64,000 bases of DNA from Opitutia bacterium (GTDB taxonomy: Bacteria; Verrucomicrobiota; Verrucomicrobiia; Opitutales; Opitutaceae), in contig CANJVR010000002.1 of NCBI GenBank assembly GCA_947478395.1, forward strand, positions 64,001 through 128,000, written 5' to 3'. Within the stretch, counting starts at the first letter, position 1, and the number at the start of each line of letters is the position of its first letter. The translations under genes were made by a program, and so were the position numbers. The notes under the pieces are model-generated. The model was given only the letters and a program-made list of their open reading frames with translations, was not told where the DNA came from and searched no databases. Shown one piece after another: positions 51,427 through 61,464 of this stretch.

Positions 51427-52719
51427 ATGGCCAAATCATCGCGGGTCACCCTGTGTTCCTTCTGCGGGAAGTCGCAGGGCGAAGTTAAAAAAATCATCGC
51501 GGGCCCCGGGGTCTACATTTGCGACTCATGCGTTAATGTCTGCAAGACCATCATCGACCGCGAGGTGAAGCCCGCCGCCACGGCGGATGCTAAGCCAGCC
51601 TTCCGCCAGCTCAAGCCGTCCGAAATCAAGCGTACGCTCGACGATTTTGTGATCGGTCAGGATCACGCGAAGAAGGTCCTCTCCGTCGCAGTCTATAACC
51701 ATTACAAGCGGCTGATGTTTGATAGCGGTCAATCGACCAAGGGTTCCGCTGCGCTTTCGCCCGAGTTTAGCGAAGTCGAGATTGAGAAGAGCAACATCCT
51801 GCTCGCCGGCCCGACTGGCTCGGGCAAGACGCTCCTGGCGCGGACGCTAGCCAAAATCCTCGACGTGCCATTCGCGATTTCCGACGCCACGACCCTCACC
51901 GAGGCAGGCTATGTCGGCGAAGACGTCGAAAATGTGGTGCTGCGGCTCCTGCAAAACGCGAACTACGACGTGAAGCGCGCTGAATGCGGGATCATCTATA
52001 TCGACGAGATCGACAAGATCCGCCGCACCACGGAAAATGTTTCAATCACGCGCGATGTCTCCGGCGAGGGCGTCCAACAGGCGCTGCTGAAAATTCTCGA
52101 AGGCACCATCTGCAACGTCCCGCCCCAAGGCGGTCGCAAGCACCCCAATCAGGAATATATTCAGGTCAACACGGCGAATATTCTCTTCATTTGCGGCGGC
52201 GCTTTCGTCGGTCTCGATCAAATCGTGAAGAAGCGGCTCGGCCAGCGCTCGCTCGGCTTTCATCTTAACTCCGAGGACAAGGAGCTGACCCCCGACGAGA
52301 TGATGAAAAAAATCGCCCCGGAGGATCTGGTGCGTTTCGGCATGATCCCCGAATTTATCGGCCGCCTGCCGGTTGTGTCGGTCCTCGATCAACTCGCCGT
52401 CGGGGATCTGGAGAAAATTTTGCTGAAAACGAAGAATGCGACCGTGAAGCAGTACGCCAAACTCTTCGCGATCGACGGCGTGCGCCTGCGGTTCACATCG
52501 GATGCGGTCCGTGCGATCGCGCAGAAGGCGATTGAACTCAAAACCGGCGCGCGCGCCCTGAGATCGATTTTGGAAAACATCATGCTCGATGTGATGTACG
52601 AATTACCCCAGCGCGAGGACGTGACGGAAGTCGTCATCGATGCCGCTGTCGTAGCCGGCCGCCGTCGCCCCACGCTTCGCCGCGCCGCGAAGAACGAGCC
52701 GACCGAAAACGCGGCTTAA
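51427..52719 (+). CDS. clpX: Clp protease ATP-binding subunit ClpX
   Basis: C4 zinc finger 'CSFC..ICDSC', 'GPTGSGKT', '[10 protein letters not shown]', 'LGF' loop. Confidence 0.97.
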   Translation: MAKSSRVTLCSFCGKSQGEVKKIIAGPGVYICDSCVNVCKTIIDREVKPAATADAKPAFRQLKPSEIKRTLDDFVIGQDHAKKVLSVAVYNHYKRLMFDSGQSTKGSAALSPEFSEVEIEKSNILLAGPTGSGKTLLARTLAKILDVPFAISDATTLTEAGYVGEDVENVVLRLLQNANYDVKRAECGIIYIDEIDKIRRTTENVSITRDVSGEGVQQALLKILEGTICNVPPQGGRKHPNQEYIQVNTANILFICGGAFVGLDQIVKKRLGQRSLGFHLNSEDKELTPDEMMKKIAPEDLVRFGMIPEFIGRLPVVSVLDQLAVGDLEKILLKTKNATVKQYAKLFAIDGVRLRFTSDAVRAIAQKAIELKTGARALRSILENIMLDVMYELPQREDVTEVVIDAAVVAGRRRPTLRRAAKNEPTENAA

Positions 52720-52775
52720 CAGGCGCGTCGGGCAGCCATCTCCCGCAGAGCGCTTGGGCAAAGCCTGGCTTTTCC

Positions 52776-52912
52776 GAACGGTTGAAGTTTCTCCGTGGCC
52801 GTTTTGTGGAGCCCCGCGCGTCGCTGCCTGCCGGATTCGGCGTTCTGGTTTTGGCCGGCAGGGACGCCTGCTGCTACTTCGTTAGCGGCTACGCTTTGGG
52901 TTAAACTGCGCT
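52776..52912. mobile_element. MITE-like repeat, copy H (degenerate)
   Basis: CGGTTGAAGTTTCTCCGTGG...GCAGGGACGCCTGCTGCTAC..GTTAGCGGCTACGCTTTGGGTTAAAC. Confidence 0.72.
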
Positions 52913-52921
52913 GGAGCGCCG

Positions 52922-55900
52922 CTACGGCATCCACGGCCGGGGTGGGGCCGCGAGCGTGAAGTCCGTCATCTCGAGCGTGAGGTTGGGGTTGTAGGCGGGA
53001 TCGTGTTTCAATTCCTTTGCCCAACGTTTCATCATCGTTTCTACCTCGGCGCGGAAGCGTTCGTGTTTTTCGGGTGTGTCCTCGGCGCCGCGGCTGACCG
53101 ATTCGTGATGGTAGAGCTCGGCAAACGGGGTCCAGAGGTTGCGGTAGCCCGCCGCACGGACCTTCAGGCAAAAATCGATATCGTTAAACGCGACCGAAAG
53201 ATGCTTGTCATCGAGCCCGCCGACTTCGTCGAAGATACTTTTCTGAATCACGAGGCACGCTGCGGTGACCGCACCGAAGTTTTGAACGAGCCGGGCCCGA
53301 TTAAAAACGCCCTCGGTATTGCGGGGAAAATCGCGGAAGGCGTGGCCGGCCACGCCGCCCAGACCGATGATGACACCAGCGTGTTGAATGGTTTCGTTTG
53401 GGTAGTAAAGCATCGCGCCGACACAGCCGATACCGGGCCGGAGGGCCTGTGAGACCATTTCGTCGAGCCAGTCGCCGTTGATCACCTCGAGGTCGTTATT
53501 GAGCAGACCGAGTACCGAGCCGCGTGCGGACTTGGCGGCGAAATTATTGATCGCGCTGTAGTTGAACGGGGCTGCGTAGGGCAGAACTCGAACCGATATG
53601 GTGGTTTTGAGTTTTGGATTTTGAGTTTTACGTTCTGCAGCAATCAGTCGGAGGTATTCGAGCGTTGCCGGGTCATCAGAGCCGTTGTCGATGATGACGA
53701 TCTCGTAGTTCGGATACGTGGTTTTCTGCAGGATACTGTCGACGCACTGTTGCAGGAATTTCAGGCCGTTCCGTGTGGGGATCAGGAGCGACACGAGCGG
53801 CGGCTGAGCCGGCAGCGGATATTTCACCCGCCAGTGATCGCCGGGTACGGGGATGAGTTCGATGGGCTGATTGAGTCGCGCGAAATGATCGGTGAGCGCA
53901 CGTCGCGCGGCCTCGACGGGATAATTTTTTTCGCTGGCCATCAGCGCAGTGGAACCGGGAATCGCGCGCCAGTGATAGAGCACTTTGGGGATATGGCGGA
54001 TGCGTGATTGATCCTTGATCAGGCTCACGATGCGGAGCGCGAGATCCCAGTCTTGAGAGCCTTCGTAGCCCACACGGAAGCCGCCGGCCTCGCGCACAAG
54101 CGCGGCCCGGTAAACCGTTAAATGCGACGTGTAGTTTTGCGCGAGGAAAAGGTCGGGAAGAAAATCAGGTTTGAAGTATGGTTCGTGGCGGTGGCCCTCT
54201 TCGTCGATTTTATCCTCATCGCTGTAGATGAAATCGGTGTCGGGGTGCGCATTGAGCAGCGTAACAACTTCGTGCAACGCGTGCCGGGTGAGCTCGTCGT
54301 CGTGATCCAGCAGGGCGATGAACTCGCCGGTCGCGAGCGCGAGGGCCGAGTTCGACGCGGCGGAGATGTGACCGTTCTTCTCGCGGAAGCAGACTTTGAT
54401 GCGGGGATCGTCCGCGGCGTAATGCTCCAACAGCGGGCGAATGTGCGGCGCGGTCGAGGCGTCGTCGGCGAGACAGAGCTCCCAGTTGCTGTAGGTTTGT
54501 TGGCCCACCGAAGCGATGGTTTTGTTGAGCCATTTCTCCGGCGTATTATAGACTGGTACAATGATCGAGATCAGCGGGCGCCGAGGCAGGTGGCGGCTGC
54601 TTTCGCGCAGCGCACTGATGCGGTCGTTGGAGAGCGTGTCGTAGGTCGTGACCCAGCGCTCGTACGAGGTGAGCTCGGCAATGTCGAACGCCGCGCCGAC
54701 TTGGAGTTCATTGCGGAAAAACACCTGCCAGCGCCCTTCGACGTCGCCGACTTCGAGGACGATGAACGTGTCGCCATCGAGCAGTTCGACTTCGACTTTC
54801 CATCCGCAATATTCGGCCTGCGGTTTGTCACGGATGGAGGCGAGTACGTCCATCCGCTTGAGTCCGTACACGCCCGGGTACGTGCGGGTGTTGATGGTGG
54901 CGCGAATGTGTTTGAGATGGGTGCCGTCGTCGGCGAAGCACCAGCCGCGAATGGAAAGTTTGCGTGGGGCGAAGCCCCAGCGATTCGGGTAATCGACGCT
55001 GAACGGCAGCGCGCGCTCGGCGGGCGCGCGAAATTGCGTCAAGGCTGCGGGTAGATCCGGCAGCGCGGGCGCATCGATTACCGGCCAGGGCGGCAACGCC
55101 GGACTCGCGGCGGGTTTGAAGAATTGGCGTCGCAGGGCGCGTAGCGGCGCGGTGACCTGCCAGGAAAAACTGCGCTGCATGATACGGATTTTTTCGTCGC
55201 GCTGACGGATGATGTCGTCGCGCTGACGAATGATTTCGAATTGCTCGCGCAGGCGTGAGCCGACTTCGGCGATGGCGCGCGCGCTCTGATCAGCGAGTGC
55301 GGCGCCCTGGTTGCGGAGCTCGTTGATTTGGTGATGGGCAAAATCGAGCTGGTTCTGCAACTGCTGGCGCACGCCCTCGAGACGGTCGACCTCCAGGGCA
55401 AGCGCGGCCATTTGTTTGCGCGCGCTGGAGAGCAGGGTCTCGGCTTGGATGCGGAGGACCTCGCTCCGCTCGAACTGCGGACGTAGACTGTTGAGCGAGT
55501 GATCGAGATTTTCAGAATGCTGCCGGGTCGATTTTAGCGCGGCTTCGAGTTGGGCCACGTGTTGGGTGGTGAGGCGCTGCGATTCCTCGATTTGGACCGC
55601 GACTTGGGCCGCGTGCTGGGAAGTGAGGCGCTGCGATTCTTCGAGTTGGGAGACGTGTTTGGAAGTGAGGCGCTGCGATTCTTCGAGTTGGGCGACGTGT
55701 TGGGAAGTGAGGCGCTGCGTTTCTTCGAGTTGGGCCACGTGCTCGGCAGAGAGGCGTCGGGCGTCGGCGGCGATCTGCTCGAGATTGCTGGCGTGCTGGG
55801 TGGTGAGTTCGCGGTAGCGTTGGTGGTGACGTTCGGCCTCGACCAGTTCGGCCGCTTTCGCGGCGAATTGCCGGGCCTGAAGTCCGCGAGTGGCATCGAG

Positions 55901-57283
55901 GGAGAGTTCGAGCTGCTCGATGAGCAAACGGAGATGGGCGAGTTCCGGGGCGAGGGGCGTGGGCGCGAGGGCTTCGGCGCGGGCGGCGAGCAGGGCGGTT
56001 TCGGTTGAGGCGGGATCGGAGACGAGGGACCAGTCGGTGGCGGACGGACGCGTGAGGGTCGTTTTGTAGAAATCGGTGAGCCCGTGGGTCGTGACGCTGG
56101 CGTCGAAGTGGCGATGGGCGAAGGCGACCGCATTCGTGGCCAGACGGGCGCAGAGCGCGGGGTCATTGAAGAGGCGCGTGCAGATGTCGGCGATTTCCTC
56201 GGGTGCACCGGTCTGCAGGAAAGTCGCGTCGCGGCCATCCTGCATCAGCAGGGCAAGATTGGTGTTCGGTAGGACGACAGGTTTGCCAGTGGCGAGAAAC
56301 TCCGGGAGTTTCGAGGGCAGGCGGAAATCGTTGAACGCGCCAGGATGGCCTGGTTGCACGAGGACATCGGCTAGGGCCAGGAGGTGGGGCAGCCGGGCTT
56401 TTTCGATGAAGCCCAGATCGAGGACGAACTCCTTGTAGTCGAAGGCGAGCGAGGACAGGAACGTGGGCGAGTTGAAGCCGGTGCGGATGAGGCGGGTGGG
56501 CGTGCCGCGCTGGTTGAGGAGGGCAACGGCGAGGTAGAGCTCGCGCATCTCGGGCTCGTTTGCGAAGGTATTGGAGCCGGTGAAGACGAGAATTTTTTCT
56601 CCGGGTCGCAACCCGAGATCGGAGCGTAGAGACTTATTTGGCTTATCGGTCCCATTCGCCCTATAGAGGTCAAAATCGACCGGAGGAAACAGCAGGTGGC
56701 TCGGAACTTCTGACGGAATATGCGCCCGGAGTTTCTCGACGATGTGTGTGACGCCGTCGGCGATGCGGAGAAAACTTTCGTGGCGCAGTGGGTGGGGGAG
56801 GCCGTCGACGAGCCAGCGATCGATCGAGTCGGGCGGCGCGGTGCGCAGTTGGGCGAAGGGCGTGCCCGTGTAGGCCTCGAGCAGGTAGCGTTCGTTGTCC
56901 TCGAGGTGGATGATGAGGCGCGCCGGACATTTCAGCGCCCGTTGGTAGCCGAGGACGAATTTCCGCACGCCCTCGCGCGGGGTCCAGGCGTGAATCAGGT
57001 CGGCCGGACGGGCGTCGGGAAAAAGGCCGGGTTTGGCGAGGGCTTCCGCGAAGGTGGCGGGAATAAACAGCGGATTGCGGATGGCTGAGATCGTTTCGCG
57101 GCCGGACGGGACGGCGACCACGCACGCGTGGCCGGCGGCGCAAAGCGCGTTCGCGAAGCCGGCAATGTGGTTGAGGCTGTTGGTGGTAAAGTCGCCGTAG
57201 TTGACGAAAAGGATGTTCACGAGGGAGGTCGGAAGCGGAGAGGAACGGAGAAGGGGGGAGGATGTTTCAGACGGTAGATCCAA
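52922..57283 (-). CDS. Multidomain glycosyltransferase: GT4-like + long coiled coil + two GT2 domains
   Basis: GT-B 'PSKLPEFLATGKPVV'; heptad-rich middle ending 'SFSWQVTAPLR'; GT2 'ISIIVPVYN..LLDHDD' and 'VSLLIPTRN..LLNND'. Confidence 0.9.
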   Translation of the reverse strand: MDLPSETSSPLLRSSPLPTSLVNILFVNYGDFTTNSLNHIAGFANALCAAGHACVVAVPSGRETISAIRNPLFIPATFAEALAKPGLFPDARPADLIHAWTPREGVRKFVLGYQRALKCPARLIIHLEDNERYLLEAYTGTPFAQLRTAPPDSIDRWLVDGLPHPLRHESFLRIADGVTHIVEKLRAHIPSEVPSHLLFPPVDFDLYRANGTDKPNKSLRSDLGLRPGEKILVFTGSNTFANEPEMRELYLAVALLNQRGTPTRLIRTGFNSPTFLSSLAFDYKEFVLDLGFIEKARLPHLLALADVLVQPGHPGAFNDFRLPSKLPEFLATGKPVVLPNTNLALLMQDGRDATFLQTGAPEEIADICTRLFNDPALCARLATNAVAFAHRHFDASVTTHGLTDFYKTTLTRPSATDWSLVSDPASTETALLAARAEALAPTPLAPELAHLRLLIEQLELSLDATRGLQARQFAAKAAELVEAERHHQRYRELTTQHASNLEQIAADARRLSAEHVAQLEETQRLTSQHVAQLEESQRLTSKHVSQLEESQRLTSQHAAQVAVQIEESQRLTTQHVAQLEAALKSTRQHSENLDHSLNSLRPQFERSEVLRIQAETLLSSARKQMAALALEVDRLEGVRQQLQNQLDFAHHQINELRNQGAALADQSARAIAEVGSRLREQFEIIRQRDDIIRQRDEKIRIMQRSFSWQVTAPLRALRRQFFKPAASPALPPWPVIDAPALPDLPAALTQFRAPAERALPFSVDYPNRWGFAPRKLSIRGWCFADDGTHLKHIRATINTRTYPGVYGLKRMDVLASIRDKPQAEYCGWKVEVELLDGDTFIVLEVGDVEGRWQVFFRNELQVGAAFDIAELTSYERWVTTYDTLSNDRISALRESSRHLPRRPLISIIVPVYNTPEKWLNKTIASVGQQTYSNWELCLADDASTAPHIRPLLEHYAADDPRIKVCFREKNGHISAASNSALALATGEFIALLDHDDELTRHALHEVVTLLNAHPDTDFIYSDEDKIDEEGHRHEPYFKPDFLPDLFLAQNYTSHLTVYRAALVREAGGFRVGYEGSQDWDLALRIVSLIKDQSRIRHIPKVLYHWRAIPGSTALMASEKNYPVEAARRALTDHFARLNQPIELIPVPGDHWRVKYPLPAQPPLVSLLIPTRNGLKFLQQCVDSILQKTTYPNYEIVIIDNGSDDPATLEYLRLIAAERKTQNPKLKTTISVRVLPYAAPFNYSAINNFAAKSARGSVLGLLNNDLEVINGDWLDEMVSQALRPGIGCVGAMLYYPNETIQHAGVIIGLGGVAGHAFRDFPRNTEGVFNRARLVQNFGAVTAACLVIQKSIFDEVGGLDDKHLSVAFNDIDFCLKVRAAGYRNLWTPFAELYHHESVSRGAEDTPEKHERFRAEVETMMKRWAKELKHDPAYNPNLTLEMTDFTLAAPPRPWMP
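53604..53631. repeat. Four heptamer repeats inside the GT2 coding region
   Basis: GTTTTGA GTTTTGG ATTTTGA GTTTTAC, encoding 'RKTQNPKLKT' on the minus strand. Confidence 0.65.
55543..55756. repeat. In-frame 42-nt tandem repeat (about 5 units, one of 54 nt)
   Basis: CTTCGAGTTGGG..ACGTG.T.GG..GTGAGGCGCTGCGATT units start at 55543, 55585 (54 nt), 55639, 55681, 55723. Confidence 0.9.
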
Positions 57284-57412
57284 AGATGGTCATTCTGGGC
57301 GCACGGAAGAATACAGGAAGATTTTGAAGCGAGTACAGCTAGGTCCGAATGGATTCCTGGCTGCGCTCAGAAGTATAGCCGGGTTCGTGAAAGGCTTTAA
57401 TGGGCTAAAAAT

Positions 57413-57447
57413 AAAAAGGCAGACCAGCGACGGTGCGCGGGTCTGCC
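57413..57447 (-). terminator. Probable intrinsic terminator after transaldolase
   Basis: GGCAGACC...GGTCTGCC hairpin with T-run on the minus strand. Confidence 0.6.
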
Positions 57448-57468
57448 GGAGAGGTAAATGCGGATTTT

Positions 57469-58188
57469 TTAGAGTTTAAATCCCGCGGAGGTCGAGTCGG
57501 CGACGAACATCTTGACGGTGTCCAAGGACAAGGCTGTTAGGTCGAAACCGATCATCTTTGCGGCCTTGGCGAGGATGTCGTGCGGTACGGTGATGATCTT
57601 GCAACCGGCTTCGTCGGCTTGGAACAGGTTTAGCACTTCGCGCGTGCTGGCCCAGAGGAGTTCGGCTTTCGGCAAACCCTCGAGGAGCGCGCCGCTGGCC
57701 CGCATGATCGGCATCGGGTCGACGCCGGTGTCGGCGATGCGACCGGCAAACACGGAGACGACGGCCGGTACGTCAGGATTGAGTGCCTCGGCGACGCCTC
57801 GGACTTGAGCCAGGGTGAGGAGCGCGGTGACGTTGAGCTTCACGCCTTGCCGGCCGAGCTCCTTGATGAGAGGGAGACAGGATTCTCCTTTGGAGTTGGT
57901 GATCGGAATTTTGGTGTAAACGTTTTTACCCCACGAAGTGATCATGAGCGCCTGGCGTTTCATATCGACGATGTCGTCGGTGAAAACTTCGAGAGAGATG
58001 GGCTTGGCGGTGACGGACTGGAGGATATCTTTGGCGAACGCCTCGTAGTCCTTGATGCCGGCTTTCTTCATCAGGCTCGGATTGGTGGTGAGACCCTTGA
58101 TATAGGGCTTGGCGTAGAGATCGAGGATGCCGGCTTTGTCGGCGCCGTCGGCATAAAGATGAACTTTGAGATCGTTGATGGATTTCAT
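57469..58188 (-). CDS. Transaldolase (short, FSA/TalC-like)
   Basis: 'GLTTNPSL', Schiff-base 'YTKIP', 'NVT', 'SVFAGRI', 'LLWAS.RE'. Confidence 0.9.
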   Translation of the reverse strand: MKSINDLKVHLYADGADKAGILDLYAKPYIKGLTTNPSLMKKAGIKDYEAFAKDILQSVTAKPISLEVFTDDIVDMKRQALMITSWGKNVYTKIPITNSKGESCLPLIKELGRQGVKLNVTALLTLAQVRGVAEALNPDVPAVVSVFAGRIADTGVDPMPIMRASGALLEGLPKAELLWASTREVLNLFQADEAGCKIITVPHDILAKAAKMIGFDLTALSLDTVKMFVADSTSAGFKL

Positions 58189-58262
58189 GAGTTTAGAGCA
58201 GAGAGTGAGCTTTTTGGATTCCGCGCGGGCAAGGTTTTAGTGAGTAGCGCGCGCGGTTGGAT

Positions 58263-58340
58263 TTTGGGCGGGAGACTCTCAACCGGGGGCGATGGTGCCG
58301 GCCGGATCACGTTTATGCGGGGTGGGGGCACCCCGCCTAC
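58263..58340. repeat. Degenerate GTAG-type REP (third family)
   Basis: GCGGGGTGGGGGCACCCCGCCTAC palindrome ending in CTAC, with a decayed left partner. Confidence 0.5.
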
Positions 58341-58377
58341 GTTGATGACAAAGCCGGACTAAAGACCCGCCATCGGG

Positions 58378-60270
58378 TCAGGCGGCTTTTTTAAAACTCA
58401 GCCAGTTTTCAACGGGCCGCAGGGCGAGGCCGATCAAGAGCAGCTGACTGGCCACAAATGCTGACAGCGCGACGAACGCGGCGTCGGTGAAACCGTAGCT
58501 GTGCAGGCCGACGCCGAGCATATTCGTGCCGAACCAGCTCCAGCTCGTGACGATGTTGCCGAAGACGGCGAGCGCCATGAGTCCGCGGGTTTTCACGAGG
58601 CCGCCCCAGCGGGCATGCAGAATAAGGGCATTCCACAGCACGATGATGAGCGCGCCGTTTTCTTTCGGGTCCCAGCCCCAAAAGCGGCCCCACGACTGGT
58701 CGGCCCAGATGCCGCCGAGTACGGTGCCGACGAAACTGAAAAGCGTGGCGAAACACACGACGCCGTAAACCATGCGGCTCAGCGCATCGCCGGTGGCCTT
58801 GTCGAGCGAGCGGGTGAACTGGCCGCGGACAATGTAAATGATGGCGAGAAACCCGGCGAGGAACGTCGCCGCATAACCCGTCGCTACGATCACCACATGG
58901 GTCGCGAGCCAAAAGTTGGAGTCGAGTACGGCCCGCATCATTTCGAGCGTGTCACCACTGAGCGAAAGATGATGCGCGATCAGCAGCGTCGCGAAACCGA
59001 TGAGCCCGGCGGCAACGCTGCCGATGGCGTTTTTGTAGATTGCCTCGAGAAAGAGGCAGAGTCCGACCGAACCCCAGCCCACGAAAAGCGCGGAAGAATA
59101 AAGGTTAGTTACCGGCGGCCGGCCTTCGAGCCACATGCGCGTGATGATACCTGCGGTCGTGGCGAGCCAGGCCAGAGCGACGAGGTAAAAGGCTGCGCGA
59201 CTTAATTCCTGCGGCCATTTCAACCAGGAGACGATGGCGAGGAGGAAGGCGGCCACGTAGAGGGTCATGCTGGCATAAAAAGGTCCGATCGCGTTGAACT
59301 GGACCTCGGCTTCGACCTTCACGAGGCGCGGGCCGAAGGGTTTCTCGAGCGTGGCCCGATAAAGCGAAAGCAGTTTGTTAAACTCCGGAGCTTGATGTTG
59401 GCGCCAGGCGTAGCCGAGTCCGGCGTAGGCGAGGACGGTCGAGTTAATGGTCCCGGACTGAAACGAGCTGAGTAAGGTTTGGCCGACCGATTGCCATCTC
59501 TCCGGATTGTTCGTCGGATTGTCCGGCGGCACGGCGAGGATATTGGTCGTGCTGGCCATGAAGTCATAACGTTGCCCGAGATCGAGGATCGCGGTCAGCG
59601 TTGCTTCGTCGTGAGGCTGGCCGGCTTGTTTCGCTTGGACGGCGGCGACACCCGCGGGCAGCAATTTTTCGAAACGCCGGAGTTCACTCAGAAAATCGTC
59701 GGACTCGGCCATCGCGAGGGTGTACTTCAGTCGATGATAACTGGAGAGCGCACCGTAGAGCTGGATCGTGGCGCGCTGGAACGAAGTCCGGACGGCGGCC
59801 TCGACCGGCTCGGCCAGTTTGTACTGGCGGGTGAGCTCGGACAATTTTGGTCCGAGCTGCGCGAAGCTGAAGCGTTTTCCGCCGGCGCCGGCGTCCGGGC
59901 TGAGATCGAATAGTCCGAGCAATTCCGGATGGACGATCTCGAAAACCTGATAGGTATCTGCGACCTTGCTGTTGTAGAGAACGTCGAGCAGCCACTCCAT
60001 CGGGTTGATGGTTAGACCGGCGGGCGTCGTGACGGTTTGGCGGCCTTGAAACAGCAGCAACGAGCTGCGGGCGACGGTGTCGAGCGGCTTGAGCCGGCCA
60101 TTGAGCAAAACCGGCAGACGGCCGAAACCGGCGAGGTCGAAGGGCGAGACGACGCGGCTCGCGGACATTTTCCCGGCGTCGTAGGGCTCGTAGAATTTCT
60201 GCGGACGCAGTTTGCTGCCGAGGTAAAGAACGCTCACCGCGAGCACGATCAGAGCGAAGTATTTTTTCAT
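58378..60270 (-). CDS. ccsA: Cytochrome c biogenesis protein CcsA with large periplasmic domain
   Basis: WWD motif 'WADQSWGRFWGWDPKE', 'WLATHV', 'GLHSY'. Confidence 0.93.
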   Translation of the reverse strand: MKKYFALIVLAVSVLYLGSKLRPQKFYEPYDAGKMSASRVVSPFDLAGFGRLPVLLNGRLKPLDTVARSSLLLFQGRQTVTTPAGLTINPMEWLLDVLYNSKVADTYQVFEIVHPELLGLFDLSPDAGAGGKRFSFAQLGPKLSELTRQYKLAEPVEAAVRTSFQRATIQLYGALSSYHRLKYTLAMAESDDFLSELRRFEKLLPAGVAAVQAKQAGQPHDEATLTAILDLGQRYDFMASTTNILAVPPDNPTNNPERWQSVGQTLLSSFQSGTINSTVLAYAGLGYAWRQHQAPEFNKLLSLYRATLEKPFGPRLVKVEAEVQFNAIGPFYASMTLYVAAFLLAIVSWLKWPQELSRAAFYLVALAWLATTAGIITRMWLEGRPPVTNLYSSALFVGWGSVGLCLFLEAIYKNAIGSVAAGLIGFATLLIAHHLSLSGDTLEMMRAVLDSNFWLATHVVIVATGYAATFLAGFLAIIYIVRGQFTRSLDKATGDALSRMVYGVVCFATLFSFVGTVLGGIWADQSWGRFWGWDPKENGALIIVLWNALILHARWGGLVKTRGLMALAVFGNIVTSWSWFGTNMLGVGLHSYGFTDAAFVALSAFVASQLLLIGLALRPVENWLSFKKAA

Positions 60271-60285
60271 ACGATTAGGCGTTGA

Positions 60286-61464
60286 TCACGCGGGTTGATT
60301 CGAGGCTAGACGCCGGCGTTGGCCGAAGAAGCCGACGAGGTGAATCAAAAACTGAATGACCAGGCCCAGCGTCATGAGTCCGCAGGCGATATAAGGCAGC
60401 AGCCAGCTCGGATTCCGCACGACTTGCAGGATGGTGTACTTCTCGTGCTCGTGGTCGTAGTCCGCCTGAAAGAACGTGAGACCGGCGTAACGCAGCGGAT
60501 TGTTCATATAAATGAGAACCTCGCGGTCTTCGCGCCCGTCGGGGGTGGTGAGTCGGACCCGGCTGGAGAAATTCTTGGGAATCTCGGTGCCGGCGTAGCG
60601 ATCGAAGGAGAATTTCAGCAGCGTCATCCCGAACGGTTTGTAGTTACGCTGGAACCGGAAAACGATTTTCCACGAGCGACCGCCGTATTCGAAGCTTTGT
60701 GGATTCGGCATCATCGGCGAAACGAGCCACGTGCCCAGGGTACCTTCCGGTGCCACCAATTCGACGTAGGCCGCCGGCAGATTGCGGCTTTTTTCATCCG
60801 TAGCGGGAGCCATCGGGATGAGTTCGATATTCGGACCGACTCCCGTCGTGGCCGGAGAAGGCGGAGCGCCGGCCGGGAGCGCACCCTGGCGCATGCGGAG
60901 ATCCGCGTTGGGATAATAAATCTTGGGCACCACGCGAAAAGGCAGTTTCGGGTGCTGCAAGGCAGTGCCCTTTGCGATCATCTGCTCGGGAATTGCGACG
61001 ACGTCGTCGAACTTCGGATCGGTCACGTCGGTGATGGCGACTTCGTTGAAACGATAGCTCTCCGAATAATTCTTCGATTCACCCTCGTTGATCTGCAGGC
61101 TGTACTCTTCCTGCCACAGCCCGCTCAGAAGTTCGCCCAAAAGCAGCAGAATCAATCCGACGTGCGTGAGCCAGATACCCGATTTTTTTCCAGAAAATTT
61201 GAACCGCGAAGCCTGCGCACCGATCAGATTGATCATGAGCAGACCGCCGATGAGGTAGCCGCCGGGGAAGACCGGGACCGGAATATCGCCGACGCGCCAG
61301 AGTACGAAGAGCGAGTGAAAATATTTCTGCTGCACGGCATAGATGCCGAGATTTACCTGATCCAGCGTCGCCGCGAAAATCAGCAGGATCGAAAATGCCA
61401 ACAGGGCGACCGTGAGCTTGAGCGAAACGAAAAAGTCACGGAACTGGCGGACAAGATCGCTCAT
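60286..61464 (-). CDS. ResB/CcsB-like cytochrome c biogenesis protein
   Basis: 'SLKLTVALL', 'GIWLTHVG', 'IYMNNPLRYAG.TFFQ', 'VVRNP'; upstream of ccsA. Confidence 0.85.
   Translation of the reverse strand: MSDLVRQFRDFFVSLKLTVALLAFSILLIFAATLDQVNLGIYAVQQKYFHSLFVLWRVGDIPVPVFPGGYLIGGLLMINLIGAQASRFKFSGKKSGIWLTHVGLILLLLGELLSGLWQEEYSLQINEGESKNYSESYRFNEVAITDVTDPKFDDVVAIPEQMIAKGTALQHPKLPFRVVPKIYYPNADLRMRQGALPAGAPPSPATTGVGPNIELIPMAPATDEKSRNLPAAYVELVAPEGTLGTWLVSPMMPNPQSFEYGGRSWKIVFRFQRNYKPFGMTLLKFSFDRYAGTEIPKNFSSRVRLTTPDGREDREVLIYMNNPLRYAGLTFFQADYDHEHEKYTILQVVRNPSWLLPYIACGLMTLGLVIQFLIHLVGFFGQRRRLASNQPA

Noticed and set aside
55543..55756. CRISPR array
   Set aside because: Repeats are contiguous, in frame in a gene and have no unique spacers; no cas genes in the window
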